Below, one piece after another: positions 48,175 through 56,691 of a stretch of DNA of 64,000 nucleotides. Source of the stretch: Escherichia phage W22; the sequence record PV159336; one strand, written 5' to 3'. The translations under genes were made by a program, and so were the position numbers. Positions within the stretch are counted from its first letter, which is position 1. Each line of letters starts with the position of its first letter. The notes beneath the pieces were generated by a model. It was not told where the DNA came from. It was given only the letters and a program-made list of their open reading frames with translations, and made no database searches.

Positions 48175-48780
48175 TTAACGACGACGTGAGCTACTAAAAC
48201 TACGTTTCGACGAAGAATAACTTTTCGAAGACTTACTATAAGAGCTAATAGGGCTTGAGTAAGACTTACGAGCAGAGTAATTACTATTCACTTTTGTTGT
48301 TGATGGGCGTGAATACGTTTGTACACTTTGCTGCTTAATTGTGTTTTGTTTAGTGGTTGTATATGTATTCCCTTGTTTATCATAAAAACTATGCTTTTGT
48401 GTTGTATATGCTTTACTGTTAGTTGTAGGAGCAGCGTTGTTATTAATAATTGTTGTATTGCTACCGCCATCTCTATAACCACCACCGCCACTATTACCAC
48501 TCAACATATGACCAAGAAGCATACCTGTAGCAAACTCACCTACACCAGAAGAACCACTGCCGCCTCCTTGCACAACAACTGTTGAAGGTTGTGCAGGTGC
48601 TGCTTGAACAACTTGAGGTGCAGGTTGATTTACATATTGTTCATCTACCATCTGATTTGGTGTTTGTTGGTAACGTTGGTTTTGTACATTTTCAGAATCA
48701 TCACAACCTACCAGCAATGCACTGCCTAAAACAACTGCAACAATAAAAGATTTAATGTTTTTCATTTGTAACCCTCTCAT
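48175..48780 (-). CDS. putative lipoprotein with low-complexity Q/P- and S-rich regions
   Basis: Signal peptide plus lipobox-like LLVGC; Gly-rich centre; S/K-rich C-terminus ending RRR. Confidence 0.45.
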   Translation of the reverse strand: MRGLQMKNIKSFIVAVVLGSALLVGCDDSENVQNQRYQQTPNQMVDEQYVNQPAPQVVQAAPAQPSTVVVQGGGSGSSGVGEFATGMLLGHMLSGNSGGGGYRDGGSNTTIINNNAAPTTNSKAYTTQKHSFYDKQGNTYTTTKQNTIKQQSVQTYSRPSTTKVNSNYSARKSYSSPISSYSKSSKSYSSSKRSFSSSRRR

Positions 48781-48958
48781 TTAAAGTCTCAACACAATTT
48801 TTAAAATCTCTAGAGAAACAATACATCTGTTCTCCGTTCCTGTTGATAGTAATTGTATGGTTATCAATATATGTTGTCAATATAAAAATCAAACAAAATA
48901 GCCCTAAAGCAAAACAAATATTTTCAAACAGAATCCAAAGAACACGTAAAACCACCAT
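48752..48958 (-). CDS. small membrane protein
   Basis: 68 aa with one long hydrophobic segment (VLWILFENICFALGLFCLIFILTTYI). Confidence 0.3.
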   Translation of the reverse strand: MVVLRVLWILFENICFALGLFCLIFILTTYIDNHTITINRNGEQMYCFSRDFKNCVETLNERVTNEKH

Positions 48959-48972
48959 CAGATCACCTCAAC

Positions 48973-48993
48973 AAAGCCCCCGAAGGGGCTTAA
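48973..48993 (-). terminator. rho-independent terminator after TerC gene
   Basis: AAAGCCCC-CGAA-GGGGCTT hairpin; T-rich on - strand. Confidence 0.5.
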
Positions 48994-48997
48994 TGAA

Positions 48998-49975
48998 TTA
49001 AGCAACAGCCTGGTCTTCTTTTTCAGGGAAGATTAAACTTGCAATAACACCCAGCCCCAGAGTACCTAACACAATATACATACTGATCGTCGGATCAATG
49101 TGTGCTGGCAGGAAACTCACTTTTGCGTGCAGAGTTTCTGCAAACGGGTGATACATCAGTTTTACACCCACAAATACCAGGACTACGATAACTGCTTTCT
49201 CCAGATGAACCAAATATTTCAGTGCAACACTAAGGACAAAGAACAGAGCACGTAGACCTAAAATTGCACACAGCATTGAAGAAAATACAAGCAGAGGTTC
49301 TTGTGTCACTGCAATTACTGCTGGAACAGAGTCTACTGCAAAGATTACGTCAACCATTTCCATTACAAACACACAAACCAATGCAGGAGTTGCTACACGA
49401 ACACCATTTTTGATTGTGAAGAACTTCTCACCATCCATCTGATCAGATACAGGGAACAGCTTACGAACAATGCGAGTAGCCCAGTGTTTAGAGTAATCAA
49501 CTTCTGCGTCATTATCTCCAGCGAATACCATTTTAGCTGCACAGAAAAGGATGACCGCACCGAAGAAGATATTAACATACCAGCCCAAACTCAACAAGTA
49601 AGTACCTACTGCTACAAACACACCTCGGAAGACAATCGCACCTGCAATACCCCAAAGTAGAATCTTGTGTTGCAAGTGTGTACTTTTAATACCAAAACTT
49701 GCGAATACTGCCACAAATACTACTAAGTTATCTACAGAAAGAGATTTCTCCAACACATACCCACTCAAGAACAAGCTCGCAAAATCAGCACCGTGTTGGA
49801 AGTATACAAAACCATAGTAGGCTAATGATACCCCAATCCAGAAAATTGACCAGCCAATTGCAGATTTAAATGAAATTTCTTTGTTTTCCCTGTGTCCAAA
49901 GAAATCAATACAAATCGACAAGACTAAAATACCCACTAAAACAACCACATCAATAATTGGGAAACCCAGTTGCAT
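48998..49975 (-). CDS. terC: TerC-family integral membrane protein
   Basis: 325 aa, multiple TM helices; signature motifs LEKSLSVDN and second-repeat FAVDSVPA characteristic of TerC family. Confidence 0.8.
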   Translation of the reverse strand: MQLGFPIIDVVVLVGILVLSICIDFFGHRENKEISFKSAIGWSIFWIGVSLAYYGFVYFQHGADFASLFLSGYVLEKSLSVDNLVVFVAVFASFGIKSTHLQHKILLWGIAGAIVFRGVFVAVGTYLLSLGWYVNIFFGAVILFCAAKMVFAGDNDAEVDYSKHWATRIVRKLFPVSDQMDGEKFFTIKNGVRVATPALVCVFVMEMVDVIFAVDSVPAVIAVTQEPLLVFSSMLCAILGLRALFFVLSVALKYLVHLEKAVIVVLVFVGVKLMYHPFAETLHAKVSFLPAHIDPTISMYIVLGTLGLGVIASLIFPEKEDQAVA

Positions 49976-49992
49976 TCTTTTCTCCTCTTTAA

Positions 49993-50012
49993 TGCGGAGG
50001 ACAATCCTCCGC
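49993..50012 (-). other. GC-rich hairpin upstream of TerC start
   Basis: GCGGAGGA-CAAT-CCTCCGC stem-loop between 50053 gene and TerC RBS; no T-tract. Confidence 0.3.
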
Positions 50013-50052
50013 TCTATGTCGTATACTATAAACTGTTTTTAAAGAAAGTCAA

Positions 50053-50301
50053 CTAGTTCAGTTCTGTAATTTTAAGTTTATCTTCTTTGTTAATGATAGG
50101 GAAAGCTACAGCATCACCTACATCATCAATAAAGCAAACAGCAAGACCACCTTCCACTTTGCTAACCTGGCCATTAAAGGCGTGATACGGGGCAGGAACA
50201 ATATCTCCATCTTCAAGGAGAATAGCCTCATAAACCTTACCAACAGTACAATCACGAGTGTTTATAAATTTTTCAAGCACTTCAACATTTACTTTACGCA
50301 T
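50053..50301 (-). CDS. hypothetical small protein
   Basis: 82-aa ORF. Confidence 0.35.
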   Translation of the reverse strand: MRKVNVEVLEKFINTRDCTVGKVYEAILLEDGDIVPAPYHAFNGQVSKVEGGLAVCFIDDVGDAVAFPIINKEDKLKITELN

Positions 50302-50315
50302 ATAAAAATCCTCTC

Positions 50316-50522
50316 TTATTTGTTAGATTGAAAGATACCACGAAGTACCGCAAGAATGAACGTCACACAGACTACACTCCAAAACGTTACAGGAACATGA
50401 TGCCAGTCTAAACCGATAATGTCAATCATATAGTTGTATGCTAAAAGCAGTAGCCAACTAGGGATTAACACAATCAAGAATACAACAATAAAACAACCTA
50501 ATACTGCTAAAACACCTGCCAT
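50316..50522 (-). CDS. small membrane protein
   Basis: 68 aa, two hydrophobic helices. Confidence 0.35.
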   Translation of the reverse strand: MAGVLAVLGCFIVVFLIVLIPSWLLLLAYNYMIDIIGLDWHHVPVTFWSVVCVTFILAVLRGIFQSNK

Positions 50523-50531
50523 ACTTTCTCC

Positions 50532-51248
50532 TTATTTCAGTTTGTAAACAATTACATTTAAACCTTTGTTTACTAGAGTTTCTTCGATCATAAGTTTTAC
50601 AATATTCCAAGAACCTCCAGCCAAACCACAACCAAGCATTGGTAAACCTACAATTTTACCGCCTGAAGATACAACATCGTCTCCCATACTATCTAACGCA
50701 TTGTAGATAGCTTCATAATTCAGGTCACGCTTACCTTCCTCACGACGACTATAACCATATTGTCCATATAAATTATAAATTGTCAAATTGTTTTCTGTAT
50801 ACTTAGTAAACGTACCTAATTTTTTATAATCACCACGTTTAGTGGCACAATCTGCTTTAAACGCACCAGGCCACTTGCTTTTAATTTTTGGTGCAATACC
50901 ACTACCCATAGTGCAAAAACAGTTACAGCAGTGTGCTATAGCGTCTATATCGCCTCTCTCGGCTGCTGCTAAAAGATCACCGTATACCTCAATGATACCT
51001 GCTGGATAACTTGTTACAATTTCATCTTCCCAGTACATTTGCTCTACACCACCGATCAGTGCAAAGTTTTGTGTAATGCGATCATCAATATAATTAAGAC
51101 CTGAAACATACACAGCATATTCATCCTGTGCTGTAATGCCTTGTACACGAATTCTTAAGACACCATCTTTATCTGTTGCTACACGCCCAAAATCTTTTTC
51201 TGTAATATTGGTGATAGGATCTCCGAAAGTCGTCACTTTATTAGACAT
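50532..51248 (-). CDS. macro domain protein (ADP-ribose binding/processing)
   Basis: DAIAHCCNCFCTMGSGIAPKI and VGLPMLGCGLAGGSW resemble macro-domain blocks; start taken at internal ATG 51248 overlapping PRTase stop. Confidence 0.5.
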   Translation of the reverse strand: MSNKVTTFGDPITNITEKDFGRVATDKDGVLRIRVQGITAQDEYAVYVSGLNYIDDRITQNFALIGGVEQMYWEDEIVTSYPAGIIEVYGDLLAAAERGDIDAIAHCCNCFCTMGSGIAPKIKSKWPGAFKADCATKRGDYKKLGTFTKYTENNLTIYNLYGQYGYSRREEGKRDLNYEAIYNALDSMGDDVVSSGGKIVGLPMLGCGLAGGSWNIVKLMIEETLVNKGLNVIVYKLK

Positions 51249-52098
51249 AATAATCCCCTTTAACATTAGATTTGTTGATAATGTTGCTTTCAAAAAATTG
51301 ACGCAGGAAATCAAAGTTCTCTTTGTATTTTTCAATATTATTGTAACCTTCTGCAAGGCAACCAAAGAACAGTTGTTCTACATAATACAAAGGAAGTTGT
51401 GAAAGTGCAATTTTAAAATCAACTTCGCTTTGACTCATTAGATACTTAATAGGACGAACCAAACATTTAGCATCAGTTTCTTGCTTAATCATTTTAATAA
51501 AAGCTGCCAGGTTATTGATATAGTTGAAGTTAAGTGCAGCTTCGGTGTTGGCTTCTGTACCTTCATACTTTGCAAAGTACAGGAAAAACGTATCGTTTTC
51601 AACACCTTCTTTGTCTAAAATTTCAATAAGTTTTTCTTCGTGTGTTCCTGTAATATTAACATCATCAATGAAAATCAGAGTTTTATTACCCCAGAAATCA
51701 CGATTGATAGAGAAAGTGTCACCATCGATCAAAGCCTTACGATCTTCTTTGCTAAGAAATCCATAATCATTGATATAACTCACTTTACGATGAACGATAT
51801 CCCACTCTACTGCTTTACCTCCTTTGATAGAGATTAGGTAGTTGAGGTGATCTACAAAATGTTCAGATAACACTGTAGCTGCATTTTTCACATAGTTATA
51901 TGGAGATGGAATAACAACAAAACTTTCATTTACTAGTCGTTCTTCATATTTAGAAAAGAAACTTTCAGCCAGAATGCGTCCCATTCTTTTTGCTGCCTGG
52001 TTACTACCAAACTTTAGTTTGGAATAATCTGCAATGTTAAATTTTGCTTCCTTCAGGTTAGTAAAAGTATTAGCAAAATGTTGAATTTGATTACGCAT
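51241..52098 (-). CDS. phosphoribosyltransferase (type I PRTase fold) domain protein
   Basis: PRPP-binding motif TLIFIDDVNITGTHEE (hydrophobic-DD-hydrophobic-x-TG); 285 aa with uncharacterised C-terminal half. Confidence 0.55.
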   Translation of the reverse strand: MRNQIQHFANTFTNLKEAKFNIADYSKLKFGSNQAAKRMGRILAESFFSKYEERLVNESFVVIPSPYNYVKNAATVLSEHFVDHLNYLISIKGGKAVEWDIVHRKVSYINDYGFLSKEDRKALIDGDTFSINRDFWGNKTLIFIDDVNITGTHEEKLIEILDKEGVENDTFFLYFAKYEGTEANTEAALNFNYINNLAAFIKMIKQETDAKCLVRPIKYLMSQSEVDFKIALSQLPLYYVEQLFFGCLAEGYNNIEKYKENFDFLRQFFESNIINKSNVKGDYYV

Positions 52099-52747
52099 TA
52101 ATAAGTTCCTCTTTTTTAAGTTTAGCCAACAAGTCTTCTGGATTAATAATATGACAGAACTTCATCCCTATGTCAACAGCTTTTCCATCATAAATCAAAC
52201 TATCTCCAACGTGTAAAATCTCCTCTGGTGCGAGATCAAACGTTACCATTTCATCAAAAGAGAGTTTAAAAAACCTAGGATCTGGTTTACACAAGCAAAA
52301 CTCATCAGAAAAATGCATAAAGTCAAATGGTAATTTTGTTAAGCCAGAATATACAGCTAAGAAACTACCTGGTACAAAATTAGTATTGCTCTTAATACTC
52401 AAAGAATAGATTGAACTTAGCTCTTCCAACTTCTTGCAAAGCTCAGGGTTCAATATTGGAGGATGTTTTATAAACATTGCTAAACAGTCTCTTTTTAACC
52501 CATCTACTTTATCAAGATCAATGTTCAAACGAGTAGAAAGTGTTTCCCAAGCATTCCTAGACGTTCCACAAATGCCTTTTTCTGCTTTTAAATCCAGGAG
52601 AGTTTTTACCTCTTTATATACAGTAGCTGCTTCTGCCTCAGAACAAGAGGCATACTCGGCAATAACCTTGTTGCGTTCTTCTGCATACAAAGGATTAGCA
52701 GTAATAAGAGTATTCCATACATCAAAAGAAATATGCTTAACAGTCAT
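52091..52747 (-). CDS. HAD-superfamily hydrolase
   Basis: Motif I HISFDVWNTLI (DxxxT(L), dehalogenase-like variant) and motif IV HVGDSLIYD; start set at ATG 52747 with GGAGGA RBS. Confidence 0.55.
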   Translation of the reverse strand: MTVKHISFDVWNTLITANPLYAEERNKVIAEYASCSEAEAATVYKEVKTLLDLKAEKGICGTSRNAWETLSTRLNIDLDKVDGLKRDCLAMFIKHPPILNPELCKKLEELSSIYSLSIKSNTNFVPGSFLAVYSGLTKLPFDFMHFSDEFCLCKPDPRFFKLSFDEMVTFDLAPEEILHVGDSLIYDGKAVDIGMKFCHIINPEDLLAKLKKEELINA

Positions 52748-52749
52748 TT

Positions 52750-52905
52750 TTAATCCTCCGTCCAAAAGAATATCATCTGCTTAATTTTATTGATCTCTTG
52801 ATGTAGTAACTTTCCAGCATGTGATTGATCTTTAATATTGATAGCAAGAATTTCAAGCTCCGTTAGTTTTTCTTGGATAGCTTTATATTCATCATCTGTA
52901 AGCAT
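52750..52905 (-). CDS. small hypothetical protein (51 aa), not in ORF track
   Basis: ATG at 52905 to TAA at 52750-52752; stop abuts HAD RBS; coiled-coil-like sequence. Confidence 0.25.
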   Translation of the reverse strand: MLTDDEYKAIQEKLTELEILAINIKDQSHAGKLLHQEINKIKQMIFFWTED

Positions 52906-52916
52906 TTTCTTCCCCT

Positions 52917-53120
52917 TTAGAATGGTAATCTTTGTATGTCACTTATCCCCACACCCAGAAGTCTAGCAATATCCTTATCTAAAAGCAACTCTTTTTGTTC
53001 TAAAATGTTAATCAAATCTCCTAATACTTCTTTAATGTCACGATCATTTTTAGCAACGTGACCACCTGCGGTATCAACTTTATCTTTAAAAACAAAATAA
53101 TGATCCATAATACCCTCCAT
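52917..53120 (-). CDS. hypothetical small protein
   Basis: 67-aa ORF preceded by terminator and RBS. Confidence 0.35.
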   Translation of the reverse strand: MEGIMDHYFVFKDKVDTAGGHVAKNDRDIKEVLGDLINILEQKELLLDKDIARLLGVGISDIQRLPF

Positions 53121-53126
53121 ATAAAT

Positions 53127-53150
53127 AAAGGAGGCTTTCGCCTCCTTTTA
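53127..53150 (-). terminator. rho-independent terminator after AAA ATPase gene
   Basis: AAAGGAGGC-TTTC-GCCTCCTTT hairpin then TTTATTTAT on - strand. Confidence 0.5.
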
Positions 53151-53154
53151 TCAC

Positions 53155-54315
53155 TTAGTAAGAACGACCACCAAACACATACTCTGTGTAGTTTTTACGT
53201 TCTTTGTTTTTAATAACAACTTCAATGTTGTTACCTTTATCATCGGTGAACATAAAGTGATAACCGTCACCACCCATTGTACGAATGTGTTTTTCATCAT
53301 ACGTTAGCAAGATACGGTCTACACCCCAGTAGTAGTCACCTTCTTCATCTTTATCTTCTACGGTAACAATCCCTTCCATTTCAGGAAGATGCTCTTCTCC
53401 TGACTTATGATCTACAGCTACAACATAACGATTACCGCTAAACAAACCTTGTGCTGTCATACCGTCAATATCGGTATCTGACGAAACATCTGCTGTACGA
53501 TCTACACCGTTAACTTTCAGAAGTTTAACTTCTTTTGCAGCATAGCGGTGTTCAGTAATACTGATACCCATTAATGCAAGTGCATCAGAGAATTTGTCAT
53601 TAGGATAACGGTTAAGTTCTTCTACTAATGACTGAACAATATCAAAGTTCAAATCCACGGAGAGATTATAAAGCGTTTCAAAATCTGGTAAGAAGGCTTT
53701 GTTCTCCAGATTTTTAGCCAGATAATCATCCATAGTAGCTTTAGGTAGTTTCTTATAACTAAAACTGTAGAAAATACGGCTAGGACGATTACGCAAAAAT
53801 TCTGATACATAACCATCATTTTTAGTCAATACAAACAGCTTGTCATAACCACCAACACCATCCAGCAGGGTAAGCAAACCGTCTTGTGCATCTTTTTCAG
53901 CATACAGTTTATCAAATTCATCGATCATAATCATCACAGGTTGTGTGATTTTAGACATAAAATTGATAAAGCCTTCACCATTAAAAGCACTACCGATAGA
54001 AATAGTAGGAATACCCATTTCACGAAGAGCAGAAGACAGCATTTTAGCTTGCAAAGTTTTACCGCTACCTTTCGTACCCTCAAGGAGAACACCTGTGTTT
54101 TTACCTTTGCGGCTAAGGAACGTCTTGATAATACGTTCTGATTTATCATCAGTATCACCGTATGTTACTGAAGGGACTTCCATATCGTTTTTAGGATACA
54201 GGAAGAACTCGCCACTTTGAGTAACACCTACACCAAAAGTTCCTGCTGGAATTTCTTCAATATCTGTACCAGACTTCTGACGCAGGAAGATTTGATTGCC
54301 GAATACTGTAAACAT
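53155..54315 (-). CDS. AAA+-type ATPase
   Basis: Walker A GTKGSGKT and Walker B VMIMIDEFD; 386 aa. Confidence 0.6.
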   Translation of the reverse strand: MFTVFGNQIFLRQKSGTDIEEIPAGTFGVGVTQSGEFFLYPKNDMEVPSVTYGDTDDKSERIIKTFLSRKGKNTGVLLEGTKGSGKTLQAKMLSSALREMGIPTISIGSAFNGEGFINFMSKITQPVMIMIDEFDKLYAEKDAQDGLLTLLDGVGGYDKLFVLTKNDGYVSEFLRNRPSRIFYSFSYKKLPKATMDDYLAKNLENKAFLPDFETLYNLSVDLNFDIVQSLVEELNRYPNDKFSDALALMGISITEHRYAAKEVKLLKVNGVDRTADVSSDTDIDGMTAQGLFSGNRYVVAVDHKSGEEHLPEMEGIVTVEDKDEEGDYYWGVDRILLTYDEKHIRTMGGDGYHFMFTDDKGNNIEVVIKNKERKNYTEYVFGGRSY

Positions 54316-54335
54316 AGTTTTCTCCTCTATTTAAT

Positions 54336-54806
54336 TTAGTCAGATTCCCAAATGTTGTCTTTCTTAACCCACATTCGTTGATTATCTGAACCTCTATAAC
54401 GTTTCGTTGTTGGTTGATTCATATCATACTTACCATCTATCACTATGTCAACCAGTTTTTTAATTTTCTCTGGAATTTCTTCAAAAAGATATCCTGTATA
54501 TAAGACAATATCTTTTTTGTTTCCAAAACAATCTCTTACCTTCTCAAGAACATACTCTACAGTGTCAATGTTCTCTTTGTCAAGAGGTTCACCACCTAAA
54601 ACTGTTAATCCTTTAATGAAAGGTCGAGATAAATCTTCCAAGATAAGATCTAATGTTTCAGCAGTGAACTCTTGTCCGTAATTATACGACCAGGCTTTCT
54701 GGTTAAAGCAGCCACGGCAACCGTGGCTACAACCGCTCACCCACAAAGAGCATCTTACACCGTCACCGTTGAGCATGTCAACAGGTTCATATCCGGCGTA
54801 ATTCAA
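54336..54806 (-). CDS. nrdG: anaerobic ribonucleotide reductase activating protein (radical SAM)
   Basis: CSHGCRGC (CxxxCxxC) near N-terminus; 156 aa; overlaps NrdD stop. Confidence 0.8.
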   Translation of the reverse strand: MNYAGYEPVDMLNGDGVRCSLWVSGCSHGCRGCFNQKAWSYNYGQEFTAETLDLILEDLSRPFIKGLTVLGGEPLDKENIDTVEYVLEKVRDCFGNKKDIVLYTGYLFEEIPEKIKKLVDIVIDGKYDMNQPTTKRYRGSDNQRMWVKKDNIWESD

Positions 54807-56602
54807 AAATGTTTCTCCCTTTCTAGTACCTCTTGCATTTTACCTTTGTTATAAGGGCGAGAGTTAGGGGCAGAAAGGTATCCTGACACTCTTCTGATCA
54901 CAGATATGGATTCTTCTTCATGATTACCACAACTTGGACACTCGAAGCCTTTAGCTGTTGCCTTAAATTCACCATGAAAACCACATTTGAAACACTGATC
55001 TACAGGTTGGTTCACGCCAAAATAAGGAATTTTATTGTAGGCATAATCTACAAGAGTTTCCAGTGCTTGCAAGTTATTTTTAAGGTTTGGTGTTTCTACA
55101 TAACCTATGTTCCCACCATTACTAATTTGTGCAAAACCTTCCTCATAATCCCACTTTTGGAACGGGGTAGTGTGCATCCATACAGGTTGATGGAAAGAGT
55201 TTGTCAAGTAGTCACGATCAATAGAGCCAGGATAGCGATCATTTAACGCTTTGGCAAATTTATAGCACAAGGATTCTGCTGGTGTTCCATACAAACTAAA
55301 AGCTAAACCAGAACGTTCTTTAAATGTGCAACAGATATCCTTCATATATTGAAGGATGTTTTTACCCATTGCTTTTGGATTGGTGTTATTTGGGTATAAA
55401 ATCTCCATAGCTTCTGCTAAACCTACATAACCGATACTAATAGAGGCATAACCACCTTCAAATAGTTTACCAATCTCTTCATTAGCTTCTAGTCGAGCTA
55501 AAGCACCTTCCATAAACAATGTAGGGTTTTGAGATGCTTTGGTATGTCTAATACGGTTAACACGTAGCATATGTGCCTTATACGCCATCTCCATATGTTG
55601 TTCCAACAGTTCAGTAAATAAGATGCCCTTTTCACGGGACTCTGCTGCAATGATAGGTAAGTTTAAAGAAACTACGCCTAAGTTGAAACGACCATCATAT
55701 TTTTCACCTTGCTCTGTTGCATAGTATGACAAGAAACTACGGCAACCCATGCTTGTGACGCGACCATCTGAAGATCCTGTAACTTCTTTGTTTAAAGGTA
55801 CAGAGATAAAATCAGGATAAATGCGTTCAGCACAACACTCCATTGCCAGTTGCTTCAAATCATAGTTTGGATCGCCAGCTTTCATGTTAACACCATCTTC
55901 CAAGAAGAAGATAACTTTAGGAAACACAGGAGTTACCCTATCTTTTCCTAATCCTTGTTTGTGCACCATTAGGTAGTTTTTAGTGATCATTCTACCAAAA
56001 GCAGAGGTATCCAAACCTAAACTAATTGTTATAAAAGGTGACTGACCATTTACACTCATTAGAGTGTTCACCTGGTAGATTAAAGTTTGCATTGCATCAT
56101 AGACCTGTTTATCTACCATACGCATAGCAATATCATAATCGCCAACATCGGCATATATTTTATTAAAACTTGCTTTAACGTATTGACTAAGCCCAGTATC
56201 AACATGTGCACAAGTTTGTCCACCATATTGGCTAGAGGCTACTGCTTGAATAATTTGAGTTAGGACAGTAGTCGCTACACCGATAGATTTTGGTTTTTCA
56301 ATATGTGCATTACCAATACGGAAACCGTTCTCAAGCATATCTTGGTAATTTACCAGGCAACAATTAGTTAAAGGTGAGAGTAAATAATCTAAATCGTGAA
56401 TGTGACCATACCCACTTTTATGCCATTCTGCTAAATCTTCAGGTAAAATATGGGTCATTGCCATGTGCTTGCTTAGGATACCTGCTAGTAAATCTCGGTG
56501 AGTATTAACAATCATTGCAGGTTTGTTTGCATTTTCACGAGTAAATTCTTCGGATGTTTGTTCGAGGAATCCGATTACATCCTCATATAGTTTTTGGGTC
56601 AT
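54803..56602 (-). CDS. nrdD: anaerobic ribonucleoside-triphosphate reductase (class III)
   Basis: 599 aa; C-terminal Zn ribbon CFKCGFHGE...CPSCG and glycyl-radical motif RVSGYL. Confidence 0.85.
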   Translation of the reverse strand: MTQKLYEDVIGFLEQTSEEFTRENANKPAMIVNTHRDLLAGILSKHMAMTHILPEDLAEWHKSGYGHIHDLDYLLSPLTNCCLVNYQDMLENGFRIGNAHIEKPKSIGVATTVLTQIIQAVASSQYGGQTCAHVDTGLSQYVKASFNKIYADVGDYDIAMRMVDKQVYDAMQTLIYQVNTLMSVNGQSPFITISLGLDTSAFGRMITKNYLMVHKQGLGKDRVTPVFPKVIFFLEDGVNMKAGDPNYDLKQLAMECCAERIYPDFISVPLNKEVTGSSDGRVTSMGCRSFLSYYATEQGEKYDGRFNLGVVSLNLPIIAAESREKGILFTELLEQHMEMAYKAHMLRVNRIRHTKASQNPTLFMEGALARLEANEEIGKLFEGGYASISIGYVGLAEAMEILYPNNTNPKAMGKNILQYMKDICCTFKERSGLAFSLYGTPAESLCYKFAKALNDRYPGSIDRDYLTNSFHQPVWMHTTPFQKWDYEEGFAQISNGGNIGYVETPNLKNNLQALETLVDYAYNKIPYFGVNQPVDQCFKCGFHGEFKATAKGFECPSCGNHEEESISVIRRVSGYLSAPNSRPYNKGKMQEVLEREKHF

Positions 56603-56620
56603 TAATCCTCCGTGGAAAAT

Positions 56621-56645
56621 AAAAGCCAGCTTAATGCTGGCTTTA
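56621..56645 (-). terminator. rho-independent terminator upstream of nrdD
   Basis: AAAGCCAGC-TTAAT-GCTGGCTTT hairpin then TTTTATTTT on - strand, followed by GGAGGA RBS. Confidence 0.5.
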
Positions 56646-56691
56646 GGGTGGATCTTTATTTTAAATCTTTTTCGTAAGATTGTCCTTGATC

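Noticed and set aside
50053-50301. 82-aa protein considered as GroES-like co-chaperonin
   Set aside because: Only size and a Gly-rich turn are suggestive; no mobile-loop or other recognisable GroES features; left as hypothetical.
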